A stretch of DNA of 23,802 nucleotides from assembly GCA_964013405.1 (NCBI GenBank), contig CAXGWI010000045.1:1-23802 (forward strand), given 5' to 3'. Origin of the DNA: an uncultured Myxococcales bacterium. Lineage in GTDB: Bacteria; Myxococcota; UBA4151. The translations under genes and the position numbers were made by a program. This document shows, piece by piece, positions 7,629 to 15,927 of this stretch; within the stretch, counting starts at the first letter, position 1, and each line of letters opens with the position of its first letter. Under the pieces are notes generated by a model, which did no database searches, had not been told where the DNA came from, and saw only the letters and a list, made by a program, of their open reading frames with translations.

Positions 7629-8557
7629 GCATAGAACTGCGCATACCACTTTCTGAGCTTCATAATGGGACCATCGCTAGCACAGAGCAACGGATGCTCC
7701 CGGTACGTCTTGTTTTCCCAGATCTGAATATCCTCATGAAAGCCAGTGGTCAGGTTGTCGATATAGGCTTGGGCGTATTGCTCCAACTTGGCCGGGTCCT
7801 CACCGGCCTGCAGGCTGACGCCAAACCGAAGATGGAGCGTCTGCTCATCGATCATAGTGTGGGCGTTCACCAAGATACTGTGCAAAAATCCCTTCATCTC
7901 ACTAATTTGATAGCCCGGACCATAGTAGGTGGCAGTCAACTCAAAATGGTCCACTCCACCACCTCGGGGGTACGCAGTGCCCTTGTTGAATTGAATGGCC
8001 CGCTCTGCTTCAAACGCATTCTCAAACACATCGATATGGGTGTTGTGGATGGGGCTAAAATGAGCTCGGTCCACCACATTTTCGATGATCTCTTTGCTGT
8101 GGGTTTTGATCTCGAGCATGCTGTGCTTCCAGGGTAACCATTGCGCTGACTCATGGATGGGCAAAATAGGTGTATCGAAATCGGGGCCATCCCCTTCCGG
8201 GTGATACCAAAGATAGATCATCCCATTGAGTTCCCGACTCTCCCAGGTCTTTAGAGCAGCCCGTTTGGGGATGGGTTGGTCACAATAGGGAATCTCAACA
8301 CAAGGCCCGTCGGCGGCGAAACGCCAACGGTGAAAAGGACAGATGATATCGTCGCCCACCACATCACCACCGGCGCCCAGGTGGGCGCCCAGATGAGGGC
8401 AATGCCCATCCCGGATGAGGATCCGTCCGCTCTCGCCCCGGTAACAGATCAGATCCTGGCCAAAATAGCGCAGCTTACGCACGGTCCCCGGCCCGTATTC
8501 ATCACTGAAACCGACGATAAACCAGCCCCGAGGGTAGCCGGAAAAATCATAGGCCAT
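7625..8557 (-). CDS. Rieske [2Fe-2S] non-heme iron oxygenase, KshA/Neverland-like (copy 2)
   Basis: CPH...CPFH, ENVVDRAHFSPIH, EDIQIWENK...DGPIMKLRKWYAQFY. Confidence 0.9.
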   Translation of the reverse strand: MAYDFSGYPRGWFIVGFSDEYGPGTVRKLRYFGQDLICYRGESGRILIRDGHCPHLGAHLGAGGDVVGDDIICPFHRWRFAADGPCVEIPYCDQPIPKRAALKTWESRELNGMIYLWYHPEGDGPDFDTPILPIHESAQWLPWKHSMLEIKTHSKEIIENVVDRAHFSPIHNTHIDVFENAFEAERAIQFNKGTAYPRGGGVDHFELTATYYGPGYQISEMKGFLHSILVNAHTMIDEQTLHLRFGVSLQAGEDPAKLEQYAQAYIDNLTTGFHEDIQIWENKTYREHPLLCASDGPIMKLRKWYAQFYA

Positions 8558-9615
8558 CAGTAGCCTCCTAAACGGGCCCAGCGGTCACGATGATGGTGCT
8601 CATCGCCGCCCATCACTCGGCTCCCCTGGGCTCGCTTGAGATAGAAGCCAATCGTGCACTCGTCGGTCATGCCAATACCACCGTGGAACTGGACCGCCTC
8701 CTTGGCCACGATCAAAAAGGTCTCCGAGGTGCTGGCTTTTGCGAGGCTCGCGTAGCGGGCTTGCTCCGAGCTTGTGCGAGCCGCGGCCAGGACGGCGCTC
8801 CGAGCCAGATTCAGGCGGATATAGAGCCGGGCAGCCCGATGTTGTAGCGCCTGGAATCGACCGATGGGCCCACCAAACTGGGCTCGAGTCTTGAGATACT
8901 CAATGGACTCCTCAAAGGCGGCCTCGGCGCCCCCGAGCATCTCGGCTGCCAGGGCCACCGCCACGGCATCGAAGTGGGCTTCCTGGTCAAGGGTGGTCTC
9001 GAGACGATCTTCGGCCTGGGGAATTAGGCCCTCGAGGTCAAAGCTCGCGCTGTTGCGGCAATCCATCCGCTGATCCCGCCGGCGACTCAGCCCCTCCCGA
9101 TCGGTGGGGATACACCACCACGAACCGTCGGCCGCGCTGAGGATCAAAGCATCGGCCACCTGACCATCCACAACGTGCCTCAACCTTGCATTCAAGGGCC
9201 TGCCAGCGACCAGCGGCAGACCCTGCTCCCAAGGCATGGCAAGGAAGGATGTCCCCTCAAGGACTGCACCGAGGAGATCTTGGTGGGCTTGATGCTTTGC
9301 GCCGGCCGCCAAAACCGGTGCGCCCATCACAACGGTACCTAAGATCGGCTCGGTGGCCAGTTGGCGCCCCGCTGCCTCCATGAGCAAACAGAGTTCGGCC
9401 AAGCCCAGGCCCACACCTCCCTGGTCTTCCGTAACTGCGAGGCCAATCCACCCCTGCTCGGCGAGGGCCTGCCAAAGGTCCGCATCGAAACCCGTGCTAG
9501 CGCGGTCATCTCGATTCGCTCGAAGCCGATCGAGCGGACTGAGGTTGCGGAACAACTGGGTGGCGGTCTCCGCCAACAATTCTTGGTCTGCATCGAGAAT
9601 CAGGGAATCGGTCAT
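8557..9615 (-). CDS. Acyl-CoA dehydrogenase, probable non-catalytic subunit of a heteromeric pair
   Basis: YLKTRAQFGGPIGRFQALQH and QFHGGIGMTDE, with a shortened, degenerate middle domain. Coupled to both neighbours by start/stop overlaps. Confidence 0.88.
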   Translation of the reverse strand: MTDSLILDADQELLAETATQLFRNLSPLDRLRANRDDRASTGFDADLWQALAEQGWIGLAVTEDQGGVGLGLAELCLLMEAAGRQLATEPILGTVVMGAPVLAAGAKHQAHQDLLGAVLEGTSFLAMPWEQGLPLVAGRPLNARLRHVVDGQVADALILSAADGSWWCIPTDREGLSRRRDQRMDCRNSASFDLEGLIPQAEDRLETTLDQEAHFDAVAVALAAEMLGGAEAAFEESIEYLKTRAQFGGPIGRFQALQHRAARLYIRLNLARSAVLAAARTSSEQARYASLAKASTSETFLIVAKEAVQFHGGIGMTDECTIGFYLKRAQGSRVMGGDEHHHRDRWARLGGY

Positions 9616-10781
9616 CGCGGCAGCCCCAAGACCCGGGTCGCGATGATGTTCAATTGGATCTCCGTGCTGCCCCCCTCAATGCTGTTGCCCCGACTGCGTA
9701 GCCATTCTCGGGTGATGTCGAGGTCCTCTGCTGCGAAACTTTCGCCCGACCAGCCCAGGCCTTCAGGCCCGGCCAAATCCATTTCCAGCTGCCAGCGTTG
9801 TTGTTTCAACTCGCTGCCGACCACCTTCATGATCGAAGAGAGCGTGCCGGGGTTCTGCCCGGCCTTCATTTGCTGTGCGATGCGCTCCAACGTTACCCGA
9901 AAACAACGTTCTTCCATGGCCCAGCGAGCCAAAGACTCTCGGCGGCCTGGCGCCCTTAATGCCTCTGCTCTGCTTTTTGCGAGGGTCGCCTCCACACCGA
10001 CCAGTTCCCCCCCCATGGCCTCGCCGATCATGCCCCGCTCGTAACCGAGCAGCGCTTTGGCGATGGGCCAGCCCTCGTTTACCGAACCGATGACATTGGC
10101 TTTGGGCACCCGCACCTCGTCGAAGAAGACCTCACAAAAAGGAGACGACCCCGAGATGAGTGGAATCGGTCGTGCGGTCACGCCGGGGCTCGCCATATCG
10201 ATGAGCAAAAAAGTGATACCGGCTCGCTTCGGCTCCTTGGGCCCGGTGCGCACCAGACAAAAGATCCAGTCCGACTTGTCCGCATGACTGGTCCAGACCT
10301 TCTGGCCGTTGATCACAAAATGGTCGCCTTCATCGGCAGCCTGACAACTGAGACTGGCGAGGTCACTCCCGGCACCGGGCTCCGAATAGCCTTGGCACCA
10401 ACGAATCTCGCCTCGAGTAATCCCGGGTAGGTGTTGGGATTTTTGTGCCTCGGTTCCGTAGTCCAGCAAGGTCGGACCGATCATGGCGAGACCAAAGCCG
10501 ACGACGGGCGGCGGCAGTTGAAGTTCTTCGAGTAACTGCTCGATGATGCGGGCTTCGTCCTTTGCTAAGCCACCACCACCATAGGCTTTTGGCCAAGTCG
10601 GCGCTGTCCAGCCCTTCTCGACCATCGCATCTCGCCAGGCCAACTCGGCGTCACTCCCAGCGTGAACCCGGCCCCCCCAAAAACCGTCGAAGCGCCCCTT
10701 TCGGGCCCCGACGAGTGCGGCCGGAGCCGCTGCTTTCATGAAGGCTTCGGCTTCTTCTCGAAAGGCCGAAAGGTCGCTCAC
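9612..10781 (-). CDS. Acyl-CoA dehydrogenase, probable catalytic subunit of a heteromeric pair
   Basis: Start reassigned to GTG 10781 (GTGA overlap with the flavin reductase stop). Motifs WCQGYSEPGAGSDLASL, INGQKVWTS, LLGYER, SIEGGSTEIQ. Confidence 0.9.
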   Translation of the reverse strand: MSDLSAFREEAEAFMKAAAPAALVGARKGRFDGFWGGRVHAGSDAELAWRDAMVEKGWTAPTWPKAYGGGGLAKDEARIIEQLLEELQLPPPVVGFGLAMIGPTLLDYGTEAQKSQHLPGITRGEIRWCQGYSEPGAGSDLASLSCQAADEGDHFVINGQKVWTSHADKSDWIFCLVRTGPKEPKRAGITFLLIDMASPGVTARPIPLISGSSPFCEVFFDEVRVPKANVIGSVNEGWPIAKALLGYERGMIGEAMGGELVGVEATLAKSRAEALRAPGRRESLARWAMEERCFRVTLERIAQQMKAGQNPGTLSSIMKVVGSELKQQRWQLEMDLAGPEGLGWSGESFAAEDLDITREWLRSRGNSIEGGSTEIQLNIIATRVLGLPR

Positions 10782-11290
10782 GCAAGCCCCCCATAACGCC
10801 CTTTGGCATAAAGTAGGGGGTCGCCGCCTGCCACATGAACTGCCTCCACTCGCCCGACAAAAATCCCGTGATCGCCACCGGGAAGCAGTGCTTCTAGACG
10901 ACATTCCAATTGGGCGACGCAGCCGGCGAGTAAGGCGGCACCCCCACAGGCTTCACCCCGGTTGAAATCCAGGCCGGCAAACTTATCCCTCGCCGCGGGC
11001 CAGGACTGCCAATTACCATCCGCGTCCACCAGGCCACCGGCGAAGCGGTTACTCCGCTCTTCCTGATCACGGGCGAGGATGTTCACGGCGAAGTGCCCCG
11101 CCGCTTCGAGAAGCTCGTGGGTTTGGTTCTTTTCTTGAACACAGACGAGAACCAACGGCGGCTCCAAGCTCAAGCTAGAAAAGGCGCTGGCCGTCATCCC
11201 ATGATCGCCCCCTTCGGCTGTGCGCGTGGTGACCACTGTGACACCGGAGGCGAAGCTCCCGACTGCTTGCTTGAACAACTTTTGATCCAC
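10778..11290 (-). CDS. Flavin reductase (HpaC/HsaB-like)
   Basis: FASGVTVVT, GMTASAFSSLSLEPPLVL, GGDHGIFVG, PLLY. GTG 11290 has GGGAG 7 nt upstream; the alternative start is ATG 11329. Confidence 0.88.
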   Translation of the reverse strand: MDQKLFKQAVGSFASGVTVVTTRTAEGGDHGMTASAFSSLSLEPPLVLVCVQEKNQTHELLEAAGHFAVNILARDQEERSNRFAGGLVDADGNWQSWPAARDKFAGLDFNRGEACGGAALLAGCVAQLECRLEALLPGGDHGIFVGRVEAVHVAGGDPLLYAKGRYGGLA

Positions 11291-11361
11291 GAAACTGCTC
11301 CCATTGCACCCGTTTCTAGTGTGGCTCATGCCGGGGGTAAAGCCTCCCCCTTGAAGAAAAG

Positions 11362-11375
11362 TGAAACACGTTTCA
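11362..11375. promoter_or_regulatory. KstR-type operator 3 (divergent flavin reductase operon / kstR; autoregulation)
   Basis: TGAAACACGTTTCA matches TnnAACnnGTTnnA. Confidence 0.85.
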
Positions 11376-11399
11376 GTCTACACCACCGGGAGGGCATCG

Positions 11400-11975
11400 G
11401 TGGACGCTGAGAATCTGGACGAAAAGGCGCAAAGGATCATCGCTGCTGCCTTTGAATTGGCGCAAACAGGAGGTTTTGAGGCGGTCCGCCTACGGGATGT
11501 GGCCGCCCGCAGCGGCGTCGCCTTAGGCACGCTCTACAAGCGCTTTCGCAGCAAAGAGGATATTCTCGTCGGCGCCCTGGAACTTCTCGCACAACGCTAC
11601 GAGGAGGGAGATCTGACCCACCATATCGAGGGCAGTAACGCCGAAGACCGGGTCGTGACCCTTCTCACCACGCTAACGGAGGCCATGTTCAGCAGCCCAA
11701 ACTTTGCCAAGGCCCTCCTGCGAGCAGTGGCCAGTGGTGTGCCATCGGTGGCTGAAAAGGTGGGTGCCTACCGGGGTCGAATGACAGGCTTGATTCTTCA
11801 GTCGATGGAGGTGCAGGGGGACGACGAGCGAGGGATGCGGGTTGCGATCATCCTTCAGCACGTGTGGTTCGCTGCGATGGTGGGCTGGATGAGCGGCTTA
11901 AGGGACGAAGAAGGAATTATCGAAGAGTTGCGCCCAACGGTGCAACTGCTTTTGGAGGGCTCAAATGCTGCTTGA
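11400..11975 (+). CDS. kstR: TetR-family repressor, KstR-like
   Basis: GTG 11400 after GGGAGG. The HTH GGFEAVRLRDVAARSGVALGTLYKRFRSK and C-terminal VWFAAMVGW resemble KstR, and a KstR operator lies directly upstream. Confidence 0.8.
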   Translation: MDAENLDEKAQRIIAAAFELAQTGGFEAVRLRDVAARSGVALGTLYKRFRSKEDILVGALELLAQRYEEGDLTHHIEGSNAEDRVVTLLTTLTEAMFSSPNFAKALLRAVASGVPSVAEKVGAYRGRMTGLILQSMEVQGDDERGMRVAIILQHVWFAAMVGWMSGLRDEEGIIEELRPTVQLLLEGSNAA

Positions 11976-12720
11976 AGGTCGGGTCGCTATTATTACCGGT
12001 GCCGCCTCCGGAATCGGCCGGGCCATGGCTCGGCGCTTCGCCAAGGAAGGGGCAAAGCTCGTCTTGGCCGATCTCCAAGAGGATCGCCTCAACAAGGTCA
12101 CCGACGAATTGAAGGCCGCGGGCTCAGAGGTCGTGGCCCGCCTCGTGGATGTGGGTAGCACAACAGACGCAGAGGCGATGATCAGCGGTGCTGCGGAGGC
12201 CTTTGGTCGCCTGGATGTGCTGTGCAACAATGCCGGCGTCTTGGACAATCTGACCCCCGTTGAGGACACCAGCGATGAACTTTGGGACCGGGTGATGCGG
12301 GTGAATGCAAAGGGCCCCTTCCTGGCCAGTCGAGCGGCCTTAAAGGTCATGGTGGAACAGGGCAGCGGTTCCATCATCAACACCAGCAGCGCGGCGGGCT
12401 TGCGAGGCGGGCGCGGTGGCGGCGCCTATACGGCTTCCAAACACGCGGTCGTGGGTCTAACTCGAAGCATCGCCTGGTATTACGGCTCGAAGGGTGTGCG
12501 CTGCAACGCCATCGCGCCCGGCGCCATCATGACCGCCATGGCTGGAGGCTTCATTCCCCATCAAGGTGGCTTTGATGCCTATCAGCCCCACTTCCAGATG
12601 GTCCCGCCCCACGGCCGAGCAGCCGACGTGGCAGATGTGGCCCTGTTCTTGGCAAGCGAAGAGAGCCGCTACGTGAACGGAGCAGTGCTGCCAGTGGATG
12701 GCGGCTGGATGAGCTTTTAG
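11965..12720 (+). CDS. Short-chain dehydrogenase/reductase (possible hydroxysteroid dehydrogenase)
   Basis: TGAASGIG, NNAG, YTASK, VDGG. Overlaps the TetR stop by 11 nt. Confidence 0.92.
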   Translation: MLLEGRVAIITGAASGIGRAMARRFAKEGAKLVLADLQEDRLNKVTDELKAAGSEVVARLVDVGSTTDAEAMISGAAEAFGRLDVLCNNAGVLDNLTPVEDTSDELWDRVMRVNAKGPFLASRAALKVMVEQGSGSIINTSSAAGLRGGRGGGAYTASKHAVVGLTRSIAWYYGSKGVRCNAIAPGAIMTAMAGGFIPHQGGFDAYQPHFQMVPPHGRAADVADVALFLASEESRYVNGAVLPVDGGWMSF

Positions 12721-12757
12721 AGCGTCTTCACCCGCTGGGTAGACTCGGTCGAACCCT

Positions 12758-12889
12758 TTAGTAACTCGCTTGGGCGAAAGCTGCCGTCGCACAGCCCAAG
12801 ACCAGCATCAGCGATACGCCGATCCAGATCATCGTCATCAAAGGTGAGCTGCTCCCCAGGGTGGTTTGGTTCTCATAGCGATCGTTCAT
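12758..12889 (-). CDS. Putative 43-aa small hydrophobic protein
   Basis: Below the ORF-track cutoff. MNDRYENQTTLGSSSPLMTMIWIGVSLMLVLGCATAAFAQASY, with SD-like AAGGA 8 nt upstream and one membrane-length hydrophobic segment. Confidence 0.5.
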   Translation of the reverse strand: MNDRYENQTTLGSSSPLMTMIWIGVSLMLVLGCATAAFAQASY

Positions 12890-12910
12890 GGCAAACATCC
12901 TTGTCGTGTA

Positions 12911-12932
12911 CAGAGGCCTTCCTTGGCCTCTG
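12911..12932. repeat. Perfect 8-bp hairpin
   Basis: CAGAGGCC-TTCCTT-GGCCTCTG, nested in an 11-bp inverted repeat (TCATGGCAAAC 12886-12896 / GTTTGCCATGA 12940-12950). Confidence 0.8.
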
Positions 12933-12942
12933 CCCTGGGGTT

Positions 12943-12959
12943 TGCCATGACCATGCCAA
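12943..12959 (-). promoter_or_regulatory. Putative sigma-54 (-24/-12) promoter
   Basis: The minus strand reads TTGGCATGGTCATGGCA, an exact GG-N10-GC with a TGGCA -24 element. The -12 element is TGGCA rather than TTGCA. Confidence 0.5.
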
Positions 12960-12976
12960 AATCAACCAACTTGACT

Positions 12977-12989
12977 TATCAAGTAGTTA
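12977..12989 (+). promoter_or_regulatory. Putative IHF binding site
   Basis: TATCAAGTAGTTA matches WATCAANNNNTTR, in an AT-rich patch just upstream of the sigma-54-like element. Confidence 0.5.
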
Positions 12990-13065
12990 GGCAACTTCCT
13001 AATCCTAGGTAGCGCAGAACTGTCCTGTTCACTTCACATCGCCAGAAGCCACGCGCCAAGACGGC

Positions 13066-13094
13066 TTGACGAAAGGATGCCCAGGGGATGAAAT
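13066..13094 (+). promoter_or_regulatory. Possible sigma-70 promoter for the SCP2 operon
   Basis: TTGACG-N17-TGAAAT, with the -10 element touching operator 4. The -10 match is imperfect. Confidence 0.35.
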
Positions 13095-13107
13095 AGAACA
13101 CGTTCTA
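13094..13107. promoter_or_regulatory. KstR-type operator 4
   Basis: TAGAACACGTTCTA. The 22-mer AAATAGAACACGTTCTAGTTTT (13091-13112) is identical to 1835-1856. Confidence 0.88.
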
Positions 13108-13128
13108 GTTTTCCCAAAAGGAGGGGCC

Positions 13129-13464
13129 ATGAGCTTTCGCGTTGAGACTGTTGAACACTACTTTGAGACGCTAGGAGACCGCTTCACCCCCGATGGCTCC
13201 ATGGGAGTGACCGCGACCTACCAGTTCGAGTTGGAAGGCTCGGGCACCTGGCATGTCAATGTGAATGACGGCACCTTTGAATTGAACGAGGGGGCTTCAG
13301 ATGCGCCTACGGCGACCTTTAAAATGAAGGGCGATGATTATGTCAAAATGGTCAACGGCGATCTCAGTGGTCAGATGGCCTTCATGACGGGCAAATTGAA
13401 GATCTCTGGCCAGATCCCCATGGCCATGAAACTCAAGAACATCTTCCCCCAAGCATCGAAGTAA
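13129..13464 (+). CDS. SCP2 sterol-binding domain protein
   Basis: ATG 13129 after AAGGAGG, 111 aa. Motifs ATYQFEL..GTWHV and AFMTGKLKISG..MAMKL. Confidence 0.92.
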   Translation: MSFRVETVEHYFETLGDRFTPDGSMGVTATYQFELEGSGTWHVNVNDGTFELNEGASDAPTATFKMKGDDYVKMVNGDLSGQMAFMTGKLKISGQIPMAMKLKNIFPQASK

Positions 13465-13468
13465 GCCT

Positions 13469-14980
13469 GTGGAACTGACAGGTCTGTTCATCAACGGCGA
13501 GTTTGTCGCCGCCGAGGGATCTGCGACCTATCCGTCCATCAACCCGGCCGACGGTCAGCCCTGGTGCGACTTTGCTGCGGCTTCGGCAAAGGATGTGGAT
13601 CGGGCCGTGGCCGCGGCGAAAGCGAGCTTTGAGTCAGGGGTTTGGCGCAACACCTCGGCGCAAGAGCGCGCCGCTGTACTACGGCGCGCCGCAGATCTCT
13701 TTAGCGAGTACCATGGTCAGATTGCGATGGCCGAGATCCAGGACTCCGGTGCCACGCTGCGAAAGGCGAACGGCGCCGACCTCATCGCCGCAAACCTCAG
13801 TTTTCAAGAATACGCCAACTTGATCGAACAAACGCCCCTAGAACAACGGGCGGAAGAGTTTTTTCCCATCGCTTCGGAGAACATTATTCGGCGGGAGCCG
13901 GTGGGGGTGGTGGCGGCCATCGTGCCCTTTAACTTTCCTTTAGCTGCGGCCTCTTGGAAGGTCGCACCGGCCCTAGCCGCAGGCTGTAGCCTGGTGCTGA
14001 AACCCAGTCCATACACGCCCGCGACGGCCCTTTGGATTGCCAAGGTCATGAAGGAAGCCGGGCTCCCCGATGGCGTCCTCAATGTGATCACTGGACCGGG
14101 TCCAGACATCGGTGCCCATCTCGTAGAACACCCCGACGTGGATAAAGTCGCCTTTACCGGCAGCACCCAAGTCGGGCGGATCGTTGGCGCCTCAGCCGGT
14201 CGCCAGATCAAGCGCTGCATGCTGGAGCTGGGGGGCAAGTCGGCCAATATCATCCTCGACGATGCGGACCTGGACGTGGCCATTCCAGTGGCTCTTTTCG
14301 CCACCTTCTTTCATTCGGGCCAAGTCTGCGAGTCAGGCACAAGAATCCTCGTTCCACGAAGTATGCACGACGAGTTTGTGCAGCGTCTGGTGGCCGAAGC
14401 TCAGCGAGTGAAACTTGGACACCCCATGGAGATGGAGACCACCATGGGCCCCCTGGTGAGCGCCGAACAGTTGGCGAACAGTAAACGCTATGTCGCCCTC
14501 GCCATCGAAGAAGGTGCCACCGTCGCCTGTGGCGGCGCAGAACCCGAGGATCTAAAGGCCCTAGGCGGCTACTACTTCCCCCCCACCATCCTCACCGGCG
14601 TGACCAACGACATGCGGATTGCCCAGGAAGAAGTTTTTGGGCCCGTGGTGGTGGTCATCCCCTATCAGGATGAGGAGGATGCCCTCCGTATCGCCAACGA
14701 TTCGCCGTTCGGGCTGGCCGCTGCCCTTTGGACCCAAGATGAGGCTCGAGCGCTCAATTTGGCCCGGCGCCTTGAGGCCGGCACTGTTTGGATCAACGAC
14801 TACCATATGATCTCGCCAAAATATCCCTTCGGTGGCTTTAAGGCCTCAGGGGTGGGGCGAGAACTGGGGCTGGCGGGTTTGGATGCCTACTTCGAGTTGA
14901 AGCATATCCACGTGGCCCGAACGAGTACGTTAGAAGAAAAGCACTACTTGCCCCTCACCCTCAGCGATCTCGACCTCTAA
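13469..14980 (+). CDS. NAD(P)-dependent aldehyde dehydrogenase
   Basis: PFNFP, FTGST, LELGGKS, GQVCESG (catalytic Cys), EEVFGP, PFGGFKASG. Confidence 0.95.
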   Translation: MELTGLFINGEFVAAEGSATYPSINPADGQPWCDFAAASAKDVDRAVAAAKASFESGVWRNTSAQERAAVLRRAADLFSEYHGQIAMAEIQDSGATLRKANGADLIAANLSFQEYANLIEQTPLEQRAEEFFPIASENIIRREPVGVVAAIVPFNFPLAAASWKVAPALAAGCSLVLKPSPYTPATALWIAKVMKEAGLPDGVLNVITGPGPDIGAHLVEHPDVDKVAFTGSTQVGRIVGASAGRQIKRCMLELGGKSANIILDDADLDVAIPVALFATFFHSGQVCESGTRILVPRSMHDEFVQRLVAEAQRVKLGHPMEMETTMGPLVSAEQLANSKRYVALAIEEGATVACGGAEPEDLKALGGYYFPPTILTGVTNDMRIAQEEVFGPVVVVIPYQDEEDALRIANDSPFGLAAALWTQDEARALNLARRLEAGTVWINDYHMISPKYPFGGFKASGVGRELGLAGLDAYFELKHIHVARTSTLEEKHYLPLTLSDLDL

Positions 14981-14989
14981 GGGCAGCCG

Positions 14990-15925
14990 GTGAAACCTCT
15001 CAGTGCGCCCTACCAAATCGACTACCATTACAAGCGGAGTCTTGGGCCGGTGCTGGGGCGCTTTATGGCCGAACTCGAGCAAGGCCAGATCATCGGTTCC
15101 CGCTGCCAGGATGGTCGAGTTTTGGTTCCGCCCAGCGAGTTCGACCCCCGAGACGGAAGCGAATCTTCAGGCTTGGTCAGGGTCGCAGCCACAGGCCGCT
15201 TAGAAACTTGGAGTTGGCAACCCCAGGGGGACTTTGCCTTTGGCCTGATTCGCCTCGACGGTACGGACTCAGCCCTTCTCCATCGAATTCAGGGTGCTCA
15301 GGCCAGCGAACTCCACCAAGGGATGGGGCTGATCGCGGTCTTCGCCGACGAGCGAAGGGGGCAGATTGACGATATCGACCATTTTCGTCCGGCCGGTACC
15401 GACGAGATCACAGCGACGGATTTAGGCGAGCCTGTGCCGCCCCTGACGGAAGATCGGGTCCTAAAAATCCCACTCGTCCTCGACTATCAAATCCGCGCCG
15501 GTGCGACCACCAGCGACTTTCTTCGAGGCATGGCCCGCGGTGAAATACTCGGTAACCGCTGTCCCCAATGCCATAAGGTTCAAGTCCCGGCCCGACCGGC
15601 ATGCACCACCTGCAGTGTCCTGTGTGAATCACCGCAAATTCTCGATGAAACAGGCACGATAACCACCTTCTCCATCATCCGAATCGAGTTTCCAGGCCAA
15701 CGTCTTGCGCCCCCCTACGTCTGCGCCTGGATCCTCCTCGACGGTGCGGACACAGCGCTGCTTCATTTGGTCAGCGGCGATCCTGAAAATGTCCGCATGG
15801 GTCAGCGAGTCCGAGCCGTCTGGAAGGCAGAAGCCGATTGGGGGCCGACCCTTGAGTCGATCCGCTACTTCGAGGCCACCGGCGAGCCAGACCGACCCTT
15901 TGAAGAGATTGCGGAGCATCTCTGA
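14990..15925 (+). CDS. Tandem DUF35/OB-fold protein (Rv3521-like), partner of Ltp3/Ltp4
   Basis: Two repeats of Y...F...G.I.G.RC...V.VP...LDG.D.ALLH. Only the second keeps a full Zn ribbon (CPQC...CTTC). Confidence 0.85.
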   Translation: MKPLSAPYQIDYHYKRSLGPVLGRFMAELEQGQIIGSRCQDGRVLVPPSEFDPRDGSESSGLVRVAATGRLETWSWQPQGDFAFGLIRLDGTDSALLHRIQGAQASELHQGMGLIAVFADERRGQIDDIDHFRPAGTDEITATDLGEPVPPLTEDRVLKIPLVLDYQIRAGATTSDFLRGMARGEILGNRCPQCHKVQVPARPACTTCSVLCESPQILDETGTITTFSIIRIEFPGQRLAPPYVCAWILLDGADTALLHLVSGDPENVRMGQRVRAVWKAEADWGPTLESIRYFEATGEPDRPFEEIAEHL

Positions 15926-15927
15926 TC

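Noticed and set aside
11305..11319. Possible fifth KstR box (minus strand TAGAAACGGGTGCA)
   Set aside because: It lacks correctly spaced AAC/GTT and has too many mismatches.
12969..12984. ACTTGA-CTTA-TCAAGT palindrome as an FNR/CRP site
   Set aside because: TTGAC and ATCAA are 2 nt apart rather than 4. The right half is already explained by the IHF consensus, though another factor cannot be excluded.
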